A stretch of DNA of 64,000 bases. It comes from the human T2T-CHM13v2.0 reference genome, Homo sapiens. The stretch is from assembly GCF_009914755.1 (NCBI RefSeq), contig NC_060942.1. One strand, given 5' to 3'. Made by a program: the position numbers and the translations under genes. Below, one piece after another: positions 40,205 through 56,700 of this stretch (its first letter is position 1; each line of letters begins with the position of its first letter). The notes below the pieces were generated by a model. It made no database searches. It was given only the letters and a program-made list of their open reading frames with translations, and was not told the origin of the DNA.

Positions 40205-42489
40205 TGAAAGAGAGAAGACAGCTAGGAAGTGAGCGCACAGATGGTGGGGGGGGACGCAGGGTGCTCTCAGCAGGCTTCAGTGGAGATGCATTAACTCCAC
40301 AGAGGGATAAGGGCTTCCCACCAGTACTGTCATGAATTATAACTGAGTATGGGAGTGAAGTCTTGGTGCCTGTCTCACAGCAAATATACTGTTCCATTTT
40401 CCTGCACAATCACCTTTCACCCTTATAAACTCAAAGCACAGCAAAGCACACTGCTGATATTTAATGGTATCACAGTAGCCTTTTATATGTCTAGAAGGCA
40501 CACAAGCTTAGCAGATGTGCCCAGTGGTGTAAGTCAGACAATTATAAAATTAAGTTTTGGCAATGTGAAAAAGGAAGTCTTTTATGGGCGCTTTGGGTTT
40601 CCAGTGAAGGATGGTCTCCTGCCAGCCAGGAGCTGCTATCAAGGCAGGGGCAGGGATCACGCAGGAAAGAAGCTGTCCTCCCAGACATGGAGGGGCCCAA
40701 GGAAAAAGCCCCGCTTTTGCAAACTTGGCCCTCCTATGGGAAAGCAGTTCCTGGCCAGTTAGTTTCCACTCACTCATTCAATGAAGTTATCAATGAAGGA
40801 GACCTGTTATTTTAGGCAGTTTAAAATTTCACCACTATTAAAGGACTCGTTTACCCTGCCTTTCACTCCCGTTTAAAGCCTCGGAGTTGCTGTTCTAAAT
40901 GACAGCACCGCAAGCACAGCTTTTAAGCACTATTCATCTCGCCGCCACATCTCAGGCTTTTACAGAACACTACTCTCTCTCTCCAATAAGGGGAACTTAC
41001 TCCTTCATAGCTGCAGGGCAGAGCCTGTTCCAAGCTGTAGATTCGTTGCAAATATAACAATAAAGGATACAAATGTGAATTCCTCTTAAAATACACGTTT
41101 GGCTCTGAAGCTGCCCGGCCTTAGCAAACTCGATCAAGAGCAGCCTATCAATCTTTCTCCAAATGCACAGCAGCAGCTCATTTCACCCGGCTGTCCGAGG
41201 GATCGCCACATTGATGGATCAGGAAGACGCTGGAATGGATTCTTTGCTCGTTTCAGGGGATTTATAGTGGAAGCCCATGATTACTATCTTTCTTACCCTA
41301 ATTGTCACAACAGCTGGATATGGAAGTGGTGTTTTCCAATAGTTAGAGGAAAGTTTGTAAACATAAAGGGTCTATTCTTGCCACTTTGTCTCTGCTAATG
41401 TGAGGAAACTGATCCATGTGTGGTGCAAACATCTAAAATAGAAACAGGTGGCAATTCCATGTGCCTCTCTAGATTGCAGAATGTTTTGGAAATTTGGATT
41501 TCTGGATTTCTCCAAAGGATCCGACTACAAAGGCGCTGAGACAGAGCTCTGTCTTTACAAGACAGTCACACATGCAGTCTTTCCTTCCTAATGGAGGCAG
41601 ATCTTCCGGTGCTATGGCAGCAGGCTGTCTTGGCGACATGGAAGATGGCAGGGCCAGCAGAGCCCAGCCAAAGCAGAATGTGGCAGAGGTGATGAACATT
41701 TCCAGGGGGTGGGAGGGAGGGGGCTGCAGAACTGGCCACAGTGCTCTTCAGTACACCCTGGCTGGATGCTCCATAAAGCCGCACTGATGGCAGTTCGGAG
41801 ATGGCCATCTGTCGTCAACTCTGGGCCAGACAAAAAAATAATGTAATGGCAGCTCGCTAACAACAGGGCTGTTGGAGGAGGGAGCGAGTCCTAGAATGAA
41901 GAGGTGGTGCTCCCTCTTTTAATAGCGAAAACCAGCCATCAATATGAACATCAAGAAATTAATGGATGGAGAATTTTTAAAAACTGAGCTGGGGTGCTGT
42001 AGAAACAATTCAAATGCAAATAAAGTGGTTTCAGCTTATTGCAATTACCTCTGTTGCCCTTACTTCAGTCATATTAACCACTTGATTCTTGAAAATTTGA
42101 CTACCAGGACACATGGTGAAGCAGGAAGGGCCAAATTTAGAAAAAGGTGAGCCCAGGTTGTGCCTCCAAGCATGCACACACAGATGAGGCATTTATTGTA
42201 CAAAACAGGTAATTGAAAATGCATTTACTCATTTAGTCCAAATGAGTTCATTGTGATAATCATGCTTATCTTTCTGTATGCTTGCTTAATTTCTAGATGC
42301 AATTTTATTAAAAAGCCAAATAAAACTATCTTACCTTTAGACGCATTATGAATGCTATACAACTGCAACCTCCCTCCTTTGCTTAAGAAAAACTCTAGTC
42401 TTTTTGCTACTGCATAGATGATGGGGGGTTGGAACGGAGAGAGAATAACAAACTGAGGTTAGCTTAGCCATGTCCTGTTTGTGTCCTAT

Positions 42490-42665
42490 GTGATTAACTT
42501 TCTGCCTTCAATGGTAAGGCCAATCAATCCTGATTGAATTATCCAATATTAACAGCTGAAAGTGATCAAAACTAATGGTGAAAACATAGCACCAATCAAT
42601 AAATCAATGCAAATGATTCGGTTCCTGGAGATCCGATCAAATAAAAGAGATAGATCAATTTAACC
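42490..42665. promoter_or_regulatory. Candidate intronic enhancer (ATCAAT cluster, PBX-HOX site, octamer)
   Basis: ATCAAT at 42523, 42595, 42603 and 42654; TGATTGAA at 42531; TGATTTATTG (minus) at 42597-42606; ATGCAAAT at 42607-42614. Motif evidence only. Confidence 0.45.
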
Positions 42666-43098
42666 ACTGAGCAAATTAAGTGGAAGTTGCTGTAGCACCA
42701 ATTTACTTCCAAAGCCCTGCAGGCCCACAAAGCAAAGAAATGAGGTGATGTATGAAATGGACCAGTTCCAGAACCACGTGCTCATTTGACACAATTTATA
42801 CTCCTGTGACTTTTGAAGTCTTTGTGATGTGCTTAAGGGCTGCGATTTCAGCCCCAAGAACAAGAGATACACAGGGGCACAGTGGATCTAAGGATGTAAA
42901 GAGCAAAGGAATGAGGCCCAGACCATCCAGGAAGGGGTGGGAATTACAATCCCCCACACTGGCTTTCCTCCAAACTGATCAGTATAGGACCCGGATATGC
43001 CAGATCTAGATGTGGTGATGGGCAAATATTTCCAACCCAGGGGTCCCAGCAGAAGAACACATGATAAGAGGCAAGACATAACAGGGTTTTGAGTTTTA

Positions 43099-43810
<712 letters not shown>

Positions 43811-44326
43811 CTAATCACTTGAAAAAGATAAATGTTTAAAAATAAGAATTTTTACCTGGAAACTGATTAACATGAAACCATGTCCAGATATGACTCATTG
43901 CAAAATTATTCTCGTAAGCTAGAACAGAGAACTCAGGAAAGTTCTGATATGTCTGAGGTAGAGATTTTGTTTTCAAATAATGATGAATCTGGATTTTGTT
44001 CACTTAGGTCAGCACTAGGAAAGCAGCAAGAAGGTCACAGAGCCAACGTTCTGTGAGTGTCTATTATGTTCTCCGAATTCCATAACCATCCATCCAAACC
44101 AGCAGGGGTGCCTCCCACCCAATTCTCCCAGCTGGAGAAGAAACACCTTTTCTGGGAAGATTTATAACAATTGATTACATATCACCTCATATAGTAGCTA
44201 TTTCTTTGCCTATCTTCTCTTTCCTAGTAGATTGTAAATATATGTCTAATTATTTTAAGTATGTCTTGAAGTGTCTGGCATCATGGTGAATTTAAAAAGA
44301 TGGAATTATATATTTACATATATATA

Positions 44327-44710
<384 letters not shown>

Positions 44711-46139
44711 TAGCAGTATGTAATATAGCAGTTGTAATTCTGACTATTAACAAGGACTCCTAAAGGCCTCATCACATATTATTTAATAATGTGAGACAGA
44801 TTTTGTGTTATACTCACTGAGAAGCTGGTTTAGGACCAGTAGCTAAGTTAGCAAGTGACCCAGCAAGCCACTCAATGGTGACAATTTAATGCTGTATTGT
44901 TGTCTTATACGTCCCATCCCATAGGCAGTAATTCATTTTTCCTTCAGCAATATGACCATAACACTCAAGCACCAGTTAAACTGTGGTGTGAAAAATATGC
45001 ATCAAAATCAGGTGATTTGGTGGAAGTGATTTGAGAAGGAAATCAAATAGCTATAGTGACAATTACACATTTAAACCTTAGTGATTTCTGAAAGTCTCGG
45101 TATATCCCTCAAATGTCAAATTACTACTGCACTTTGAATGTAGGAAACACTGCACTCATGACTTAATGAAGGGAAGGGCTGGGTATTAAGATAATCTTTG
45201 ATTCAAAAGGAATTGAAATACTAGAATTTCAGAGCCTAAAGTTCAACTAGACCAATTTCTTCTACCCGTACTGCAGGAATTCCCTCAATCTTCATTAAAT
45301 TTATAACAAGAGGCCTGACAGAACTTTCTATGTGGACACATTGGGAGAGAGGATGATTTGATCATTGCCATCCAATAGTAGCTTTTCTGGAGGCACCAAT
45401 TAAACAGCAATTAGTGTACTGAAAGAATGTGGTCTATTCAACAGGATTTTTACAAACACCACTTGCTCACACCTGCATAAACCACTTTGGATACAAATAT
45501 GCATTGTAGGATATTATTCTTGGACCATACCATCCTCTCTCAAAGCAGCTTCCTTAGGTTCTGCTGAAAAATTTTGAGGTCTATTAGGAAAACATGTGAA
45601 ACATTGAACACATTCATTCACTTAAAAAATAATAAAATGTTCATTGAGTTGAAATAATGGACTCTTATTCCAAAGCACATCTCCTCTCCTGGCAGCACGC
45701 TAGGTGGCCTTTGAAGTGTATTAGAATTTCTTGCAAAAATGGAGGGAAACTCTGCCAAAAGAGAAAGGTTATATCTTGCTACAAATTATATTATATTTTT
45801 ATGTGTGTATATATATATAAGTATAATATGATATAATTTTATATTATACACATTATATAAAATTCCAGTCCAGATATATATCTGTATATGTAGAACATTT
45901 GGTCAGCAAGGTTTATGGGTTGTGTGATGAACGTAACTTCTACACTGGCAAAAAGTGTGACTTAGATTAAACGTTTCATAGAAATAAGGGCTTCATCTGG
46001 CCTAAATCTTAAAGGACTTGTGGTTTGTGATATTCAAAGGATGGTGCCTGAGTGCTTGATCTCCTAAAGATGAACAATGTATAGTGAAGAATTATCTACA
46101 TTCTGACTGGCTTTGTAGGCAATGCAAATGAAGGTAACA

Positions 46140-46222
46140 CACCACTATATATATGTGTACATACATAGTGTATGTACACACATAGTATATATACATGCAT
46201 GTATACATACTTATACATCCCC

Positions 46223-46263
<41 letters not shown>

Positions 46264-46335
46264 CATATATGGTGGCAAGTAATTTTCGTTAACATTCCCT
46301 CATATATATATATGCGCATATATACGCATATATAT
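46140..46335. repeat. (TA/CA)-rich low-complexity tract with (TG)14 at 46232-46260
   Basis: Visible tatatatgtgtacatac... and gtgtgt run. Confidence 0.9.
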
Positions 46336-47459
46336 AAATTCTATACCTAACAAAGCACTTCTATCCACAAAAAAATGCTTCATATTTTCAACTGGGCATA
46401 AACCAAAAGAAATGTAAATTATGTATTATGGTCATAAAATCATTCATGTACATTTAAAAGATATCCATAGTGATGTTGATGGTCAATTCCAGAATGCTTA
46501 TCCTAAACTTAACCTATTATTCTCACCTTGATAGAAAAGCCAAATAAATTGTATACTTTAAAATCTCTAATAGGATTGCAGTTCTTAGACATTTAGTTTT
46601 ATAGTCTCTTGTGAAAAGTCCTTATTTCTGAACTTTGGTGGCATAAAAAAGTAGATGAGTTCAAGTGGTTTAAAATTTACATTTATTTTGCACACCAAGG
46701 CATGAACTACAGTGGCTGATAAAATGGCTTCATTTTTCTACTCTGTGGTTATTTTGGTTATAGATCCTATTTTCTATTGTCACCTGAATTTTAGAAAATT
46801 TTTTTTCACTTGTCCTAGGAAAATAACAAAACTGTTTCATGGTTTTTGTACACTTACCATCCCATTTTCTATACAGCAAATAAAATAAATCAATATTTTA
46901 AAATTACATTAATTCCATCCTCTAAGCACTGGTATAAATGCAATTTGGGTAATGAAAGCAAATGCAAAGGACCATGAATGCCAAAAGTTAAAATATAAAA
47001 ATAAAAACACTTTCAAAACTAGAAAAAGTCAAGTTAACTCTGATCCATTTTTCTTAATGTGTTGAAACTAAAGCCACTGACATTATTGAGGATTTCAGAA
47101 ACTAGACCCACATAGAGATTCCAATAACTATGAATTATAGTTTTGCGAAATATTGACTGTGTAGTCAATATCTCATCTCAGATTCATAATAATTATCACA
47201 TACTCACCATAAATACTGTTCTTATCTAAGGAATGATTCACATATTAAACCTGAGTATTCGCATCAAGAGCAAATATATATAATTTAGAGTTGTGGGATT
47301 GGAAATATAAGGCTCATAGTTTTGGATTACAGAGTAAGTCTCTGTTTGGCCCAGATCACAATTTGTATGAGCGAGTCAGAAATGTTTTGGTAGATGTTTG
47401 ACTAAAAAGGTCACAAAAACTCAAAAAGAGTTGTGTGTTCTGCACTAAAATTTCTATGC

Positions 47460-47810
47460 CTGTGGTTCTCAAAGGGTGGCCCAGGGACTTCTGTGGTCTC
47501 CTAAACACTTATGAGAGGTCTGTAAGGTCAAACTATTTTCACAATAATATTAGACATTATTTGCCCTTTACACTCTCATTATCTCAAGAGGGTACAGTGA
47601 AGTTTTCTAGACGCTACCTGATATGTGATGACATCATCTCTCTGACAGCTAATAGAATATGTGCTTGTATTCTTGTATTTAATAGATTTCTCAGTTTTGA
47701 TTTTTAAGATGGAAAATGATAGTAACTCACATAAACCAAAGCCTTTTGTGGTCCTCAATAATTTCTAAGAATGTAAAGGCATCCTGAGATCAAGGAGTCT
47801 GTGATTGGTC
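47460..47810 (+). mobile_element. hAT-Charlie-type MITE (subfamily unresolved)
   Basis: gtggttctcaaagggtggcccaggg...ggtcaaactattttcacaataat...gtcctcaataatttctaagaatgtaaaggcatcctgag. Confidence 0.7.
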
Positions 47811-48780
47811 TATACTAATCGTAGAAAAGAGTGAATACTATATGTTCCACATAGAATAAAACCTGAAAATACATCATCATAAAGGAAACCTGGAATCTTG
47901 AAGGATGTGATTAATTGCTTAATTTTGTCTGCTCTACAATGGGTCAGAGGCCACCGCTGCCACAGTGCTGAGTTCTTTTAATGAAAGACATTGATGGTAC
48001 CACCAGGTAAGAATCTACTAATACAGTACAAAAGTGGAAGTTTGTTGCAAACATTTTTGTTTTCAAGAACACTAGGTAGGAATCAGTCTCTAAAGAAACT
48101 CTACAGCTTTGATTTTAAACGATTACTTAATTCTGCCTCACAGTTTACATACTAATTAACAGTATCACTAGGTGTTTTGGCCATATGCTTTATAGATTCA
48201 CAAAATCAAAATGACTTATGCTTTGATACCTATGCAATAAAAATGTAGTATTTTTTTCAAACAGAAATTTAGATTATTTTAATAAGATGTATTTTTAAAC
48301 AATAGTCTAACTTGGCCCATCTTCTATATTCAATTCATGAACACATGTGACAGAATAGCATTTTTAGAAGCGATACAAGGTAAGATAGTAACTTTAATTT
48401 GGATCCACTGACACGTTATGACAACTAAATGGGCTCAAGCATTCTTTCTTATATTTTGTATTTCATCTCCTTAACTTACTATTTGTTCACTTTTAGAATG
48501 ATAACTGAGAAGATAAACTGCAAATTCCTTATTTTGACACATAACTCACATAAATCTCGTTTCATCAGGGCCCAAGGAAGCACGAAGTTGCCCCAGGACC
48601 CAATGTGGGATGGAAGACTGAGGAGTGGGTGGGCTCCCAGTCCCTCAGTCTTGCCTCTCCCAAGTCAACCAGATCAGCTCTTTCATTTGGTTCAGGGATT
48701 CACTGTGAAAATTAACTGCAACCCTCATTTTAGGCTAAATACCTGTGTTGTTAATAATAATACTCATAATAACAGAATAA

Positions 48781-49094
<314 letters not shown>

Positions 49095-49900
49095 AACAGA
49101 ATAATTTTCAGTTCGACTCTATTCTCCTCCACGGGAACCAATAAGATTGAACAAAAAGCATGTTACTCTCAGATCATTTCATCAGAAAAATAAGGATAAG
49201 ACATTATACCCATTTTCAAGGTGAAGTAACATTAAAAAATAAATTATTTTCCTTTATAATACATGATACTTCTGGAATAGAATCTAGGTCTCTGACTCAT
49301 TTTTTTTTAAACTACCAGTCTATAGCTAAGAAAAATAAGAATAACCAAATCTTCCTATGTTTATATCTTATATCCATACCCATCATTTCATTTTCACTGT
49401 ATAACAGCCCTATAAGTGTGATGTTTGTTTATTTCTTCATATCTGAGGTTCAGAGGACTTACAGTCCAAGGTTACTCACACATTAATCAAGTGGACCACT
49501 CAAGGCTAGATTCAATGTCTTTGGGTGCAAAATTTTCAACTATAAGGCTTTGGTTAAGTAACAGTTATTCTATTCCATTAAATGGAAGATATACATACTG
49601 GACAAGAGTACGATTTCTTTCTTTTCTTCCCCTCTCCCTTCCAATTTTAAGCCCCTCAGGACAACAATAACCTGGACATCCACCCAGCTTGGAGCCCAGT
49701 GGGAACAGAACATGAATAAAACAGGATTTGGGAGAATGAGTCATGACAAGCAAGGTGAATGATCCCACAGTCCAATAAACCTGACCTCTAAGTCTATCAC
49801 ACTGGGTCAGAAGGTCCAATTATAGGTCTGTTCTAGTTCTTTTTATGATTGACAGCAGCCAGAGGCAAAATTACTTTGGTGTCTATTAATCCAGGCTCTA

Positions 49901-50209
<309 letters not shown>

Positions 50210-52526
50210 TCAGTCGATGACTCTGCATGAACAGACAGCAGGCCGGACAGCACGCCTCCCAGGTGTGACTTACTGCCTGAGACCTGGGGAGAGCTGAGTC
50301 ACATTTGCTCATGGTTGGGTCTCTGGCTTTTGTTAAGATGCACTCTACGGAGCACCTAATTCAACCCAAACAGCTCCAAAGTAAAGGTTTATGGAGGCCC
50401 TGCTCCCTATAAATCTTTAAAAAATAAAGCCGAAAACTGTCAAATGCATAGCTCTGTCTCAACAGAAATGACTCCTATTTCTCAGCAACCCACAGGTTAA
50501 GAAATCATAGATGCCAAAACCCTGTTTATTGTGTTTGCCTAAAGTTATAGCTAGCAAACAGTTCTCTATTTAAATGTGTTAATGCTAAAAATCATATCCC
50601 ACAGCTACTCTGGGGCACTGTCTATAAATGTGAAACAGAACGGCAGGTAAATTCTCTTTGGATACTTTAAGATCAACTCAGCCTACACACTGAATGCAAG
50701 GGTTTCAATAATATAAACATGTTCAATTTTAATGACTACAAAACAAGGCCCTAAGACTGTGTAACAGTTTACCTAGGAGACACGCTATTAATAATTAAAT
50801 TGTATATGCCAGAGGCAGTGTTTGGGTTGGCAGAACTGACTTCTGATGGATGCCTGGTGCACTGTGACCTAAAAAAGTTTGCATCTACAATATTAATCTG
50901 TATAGGCAGGGAAAGGATTTATTAAAGATGTTGGCATTTGACTTTGACTCCACTCTAATCATTAAAATTATTCTAATTGCCAGCCAACCTAAAATATTAG
51001 AATATTGTTCTTGTGAGTCATACATTTTAATCACATTTCTCATTACCTTAAAAAACTGCTCAGATTTCCTTTCCCACCTAACACACTTTATATTGGAAGC
51101 ATTTTTTAAAAATTGTTATTTCTAAATTACTTCAAGATACGCTAAAACAATTCACGTCTGTCTGCACAGAAAATGCAGACTGTGCACGATTAATGCATTT
51201 TTGTCTCTTTATCCGTATCAACAAGAAGAAATGAGGTTTTTACATAGATTTGCAGCTAATCTGCATATAACTCAGTACATTTTATGAGGCTTCTGGCTAC
51301 AACATGAAAGACCTATTTTATTAGGGGTCTTAATCGTGAGGTGACCTATGACCCAGTCCTCCTTTATGAAGACTTATGAGCTTTTATAAAGAACCTAGAC
51401 TCTTGACTCGTTGTATGTTAGGATATATACTACTGATGGTAAACCATAGCAGTATATATTTTTAAGTATAAACCTGGAAGAATAAAAAGAGTTCCAAAAG
51501 AAGGATGGAGAGTGGCTGATGGAATTATTGAATGAAGGAGCCAAACAGGCAACTGTTGAAGGCAGAGCCATCAACGTACTCAGTTAGTAATTGTGCTAGC
51601 TGTGCAATGAACATGGCCCCTCTTTATCACAGAATAGAAATCTATAGGCTCAGTTCAGTGAAGGTAAATAATCAATGCTTGGAATTTTGCTCTGCAAACA
51701 AAGAAGTCATCCTTGAGAGAAGGATATATTCTCCCTCCTCCAACAAATAAAAAGGCATTGCTTGAGGGGCTTAACCACTGAGTCCAAAACACATGCAAAA
51801 TAATCACAAAGGATTTTCCAAAATAACTTTGTCATTGTTAGGGGAATACCACAAATATGTGTGATCATATTTCAACCTCCATGGGCTTCAAATGAGAGTT
51901 TCAGATTTACTTTTTTTTTTCTGCTAAAATCTGCAATGCTATCGTATCTGTTAAAAAATTTCTTCTTAAAAGTATAAGTGTAGATCAACTTCTACTCTAA
52001 AAATCCAATTTCATAGGCAGTAAATGCCTCATCTAATCTGTTTTCCATGTCAGAGAATTTGGGGTGAGTTTTAATACTATCTTTGTATTTCTGGTGGAGA
52101 ATGTTATGAAATTCTCCATGTTTAAGTAGCAGACATGCGCTGACAACACGGCTGCACTTTTAGTTGAACATCTTGTGATTAAAAAGCAGCTCTGTGCAGG
52201 CAGCCTTACCCTTGGTAACCTTTAACATCGAGAGAAAAAAAAAAGTGAACACAACATGTATGTAGTTTTCCAAATGGAAAAGTGCAAACTTCTGAGAGAA
52301 CTTGAAATGCCTTTGTTCATCCTGACAGTTAACCTTCCTGCTCATGTGAGCCTTTAAGTAGGCTGCAATCAATAATGCTAATAAAGCAGAAATCAAACAT
52401 CTTCCCCCCAAATTGAACTGAAGTCATGTCTGTAAAAGGCCATAGCAGTGGGAAGTAATGCTTTGGTAGGAAAGACATGATGTGGCCATCAGCCTCTCCT
52501 GTGTCTTCCTGAAATAATCTTCCCAC

Positions 52527-52658
52527 CTGTAAAGCAGACTGGACACTTGAAGGTGCCTCCCATCCCTTCGAAGCTGTGCTCTATCAGGTGGCACTGGAGT
52601 TTGGCAGGAGAGTCAAAGGTCTGGCTGCAGAGTTTGCATTCATGGTTCAGTCCTTCAT
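52527..52658 (-). CDS. ZNF521: ZNF521 antepenultimate coding exon (132 nt, phase 1-1): ZF28 and the CxxC half of ZF29
   Basis: Acceptor ttttccttgacag|ATGAAGGA, donor TTTACAG|gtggga. Translates to (D)[43 protein letters not shown], the ZNF521 C-terminal sequence as recalled; ZNF423 differs (NQMFDSPAKLLCH). Confidence 0.97.
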
Positions 52659-53589
52659 CTGTCAAGGAAAACACATGAAGAGAAATGATGAAAACCTGTC
52701 ATATCTTTAATACACTAGAGAGTTATCTTTAATTGCATATATTAAACTATTTCCATCACCTAATATACATATGTAGTATTATATATGGTTTCTGGTTATT
52801 TCACATTATTCATGAGTTTATATCAATTTAAAACAGTTCTGGAATTTAAAATCCAAAGATAATCAGAAGTCAGATTTTATCTTAAGGCTAATGCATTTTA
52901 TTACACTTTTAAAATATAATTGGTGTATCAATAATGAGGCATTTCCTTTTCTCTCATTACCATGATTTTCTGGGGTCTGTATTTCCAAAGCCCTAAAATA
53001 AAAAAGTGTGGACAGCTTCTTCCTCAGTGATTCTCCTCTGGCTTATCCAGAAGGTCCTGGAAGTGTCTATTTCTAACCATAGGTCTTCAGTGGTATTCAG
53101 TTGATACAGACTATCTTTTTCTATTTCCAAGAATTTCTGGCAATTTTGAAGTATCATTAATAGGACAGTCTCTTACAAATGCCCTTTTCTCTGCTTCGCA
53201 CCTCCAGTCTCCCATATTCTTCCTAGTTCATCTCTCCCTTAACTCTGGAAGACAGTTTCAATTTTACCCCCAGAACCAGACTCTGCTTCTGTTTCTCCAA
53301 AGCACTTTTGTGACCTCCAGGCTCACTTGACTAGCCCTGAATTTTTCTTGGATATCTTAAGAATGAGGGGGCAGAAAAATATTTTGATGTCATAACATTG
53401 CTATATAAAGTGGAGAGTTTGTGTTATACATAGACACTGTTATTTTAAACATTTATGGATTTTAAACATTTAAAATTAAAATTTAAAATTGAAGTTTAAA
53501 ATGTAAGGATTATCCTAACTTATTTCATTGTGCAATTGTAAGGTATAAAAAACCAGGGGCACTAGAGCTAGCAGCCTAGCTGACACTGA

Positions 53590-53790
53590 TTTAGTGTTTG
53601 CTGTGTTTCAGAACTGCTCAGAGACACAAATTCATTTAATTGCACTAAAACCCTATGAGAAAAACTACTATTAGTCTCATTTTACAGATGAGAAAAATGA
53701 GGCGCAGAGAGTTTAAGTAACTTTGCTCTGAGTCACAAGCACTCATAATTGGAAGAGCCAGAACTTGAACGCAGGCAGTCTAGATTCAAA
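53590..53790 (-). mobile_element. MIR
   Basis: aaccctatgag...cattttacagatgagaaaaatgaggcgcagagagtttaagtaactttgc...agagccagaacttgaac. Confidence 0.8.
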
Positions 53791-56700
53791 CCTGGGCACT
53801 CTGGCCTCAGGGGACATATCTTAATAGATATGGTGGAGCACACACCCACTACTTCCAAGACTACTTACTAAAGGGTAGAGGCTGCACTTTAACCTGGCTT
53901 GTTATCACATTACACTTTTATATTCTCCTATTAGCAATGATTAAAAAATGCTACTAAGACATTCTAGGTCTAGGGAATGAAAGACACCGTCACACTACAA
54001 GGGTAACAAGTCTACACTGCAGTTATTTTCTTTCATTCAAAGACAACATGCATGTGTAAGTCCTCTGCCAGCTGATATTACTGGTAATACCACGTCCCAA
54101 TTACAAAGTGAGTAATTATTAGCTAACTGTGAGTAAAATCACTCTATTTGTATTCCTAATCTTTCTTCCCATACAAGTATGAGTCTTTAGAAGCAGAGGA
54201 TTGGAATTTGTAAAAAGAGAAGCAAAGCACTAATTAAGCCACCCAGTACTGTCTACATTTCACAAGAGATAAAAACCTACTCTGTATCTGGGTGGCACAG
54301 TAAATTCCTTGATTATAATTATGTAAGAGGGAGTTTAATTGTGCATACTGACATGACAAGGGGTTATACAAAAAGCTTTAGGGATTATATAAGATCAAGG
54401 GTTTTTTCATCTGTTTCCTTTTTTTAAAATCCTGAAGTCACCAAAAAATTTCCAGATTTTAGACATTAAGAAATATAAAAAACACTATTTATTGTAAGAA
54501 ATTGGATTGGCAAGTGCATCTTCAGAAAAATACTTGCTAACTTTAAGAGTTCTCTATTTCCTTAATGCTACATACCTTTATTTTGAATAGTAAGAAGGTT
54601 ACTACGGGTTTTCATCTCCTTTTAAAATTATGTGTGCTTTGCACAAGAACCAAGAGATGGCCTATGGATATGAACTGATATACACTTGTTCCAGAATTTT
54701 AAAACTTGCAATAGGTGTGATGTAATAGATCTGGCAGGTTTTCCTGGGGATAACAATTGACTGTCACATGAGCATAAAGTGAATTATGCACATTAGGATG
54801 TTCTGTAATGTAATATTATCTTTCTTGACTATGAGTATTTTGTTTGGAAAAATAAGAGAAGGAAAAATAAATAAGACATATGTGTATGAGTGCAGGGAAA
54901 ATGTACTCATTCATTTTTATGTATTTCTTACCCAAAGAAAAGAGAAGTTGCATCCCAAAATGTTAAATAATCCAAATTCAGTCAAGTGAATTCATAAAAA
55001 GGTGACACACAGGCATAAAGGTATTTATGCATTATTAGGGAAGACTTATTTTCTACATATTCTATCTTTTATTTGTGAAAGCGCTAAGTGACAGCAATGA
55101 TAACAATCACATCTACCATTTTCAGAACTCTTTTTACAGCTTAAAAGCACGTTATAATGTTAAAAAAAAAGTTGGAAGTTCTACCTGCCTTTTATTTTTA
55201 AGTTACACTGTGAGGTCTTTCCTAGTTACTGATCTCCTAGTTATTTCCATAGGAGAGAAAATATATATGAATTGTTACACAGCACATTATAAGATGAGCA
55301 AAAGCCAATAAGCTCTTAGGTGGACATTTAGAGTCCCTCCTTTTCTCTCACCTTTGTTCATTTCCCTACTCCCTTCCCCCATCTTCACACTTGCTTATTA
55401 CCTCAAGGTCAAATGTATAATGAGAAAGAGAGATAGTAACACAAAACATTCTAACAACTGGTTAATATAATTCATTTTGTATTTTTTTTTAATTGAGGGC
55501 AGCACAGGTAGTAAAAGAAAATGAAACTTATTTATAGTAAGAATTTCAAAAGTTTATCCTTATTCAGAGTCTTTAACTCTTCTCTTCTAATTCCATATTT
55601 ACCTTTGTATGGCTGAGAGCCATGTCTGACTTTTCAAAGAATTCTTGAAAACCCTTAGAATTGGGTGGGGGGGATCTGGCTGAGTTAAACCCCATCTCTT
55701 TTCAAAACTCTCCTTTCTTTCCCCTATCTGGTATAAGGTAGTAAAGAACAGTAAATGTAACTGCTGTTTTATTTTTAAAGCCAATGTTCTTGATGGGATA
55801 CTATCAGCACCTCTATTCAGGATTTTGCCCACAAAGCATAACCTGAATTGTGTCTTTCCTCCTCCTCTTCCTAAAGGTGCCAAAAAGCTTAAAAAATTCA
55901 ATCAAAATAACCAATTCTGCTCTCTGGAAAGGTAGCAGCTGACAGTAATTGGATAATACAGCCTGACTCATTTATTAAAAAGAGATTCAGAGTCAATTGA
56001 TTTAATAACCATTACAATATTCCATTAAGGATATAATAGGCTAGTACAGCCCTATTTTTTAATTAAGAATTATAGATGGGATCTTCGAACGAAACTTCTA
56101 GATTTTTCTTCTCCTTTTTGCTTATCTATATTCTCCAGATTTTCTACAATGAGCACAATTTGCCTTGTAGGGTACTTTGAAATTGAAAGAGAGAGGGAAA
56201 AACCTACCTTTTCTAAACCCTATTAATGAAGACTGATTACAACACTGAAATTTTGCTAGCTAAAAAATTAGATAGGAAATGAGCAATATTATGAAGTCTA
56301 GAAAAACTCTAGTTTTGCCCAATTAAACTTAAAAGTATTCTAGCCACGTATGTACAAAAACAAAAATTAGCACAAGGAAAGGGAGAAAGAACTATCAGAA
56401 TGCAATTTAGCTATATGAGCAAACATGGAGCTTTCTGTATGAGCCTGTATCTTTCCAGAACACACAGAATACCCCTCTCTGTTGGATACTGAGGGAGGTA
56501 TATGTGCCTAGCAATGGGGGTCCAGTGTCAGAGTGGGGCCTTTACCATTGAGAACATGCTGGAAGCCAGCAACTTCCTGTCTTGGTCACCCACTGGAAAG
56601 GCATGACCAAAGCTGCTTTGAGTATAATTAAGAAATCATTTCACATGTATAGAAATTTCATCTAAAATAATTATTTCCATTTGTTAATCTTCATTTAACT

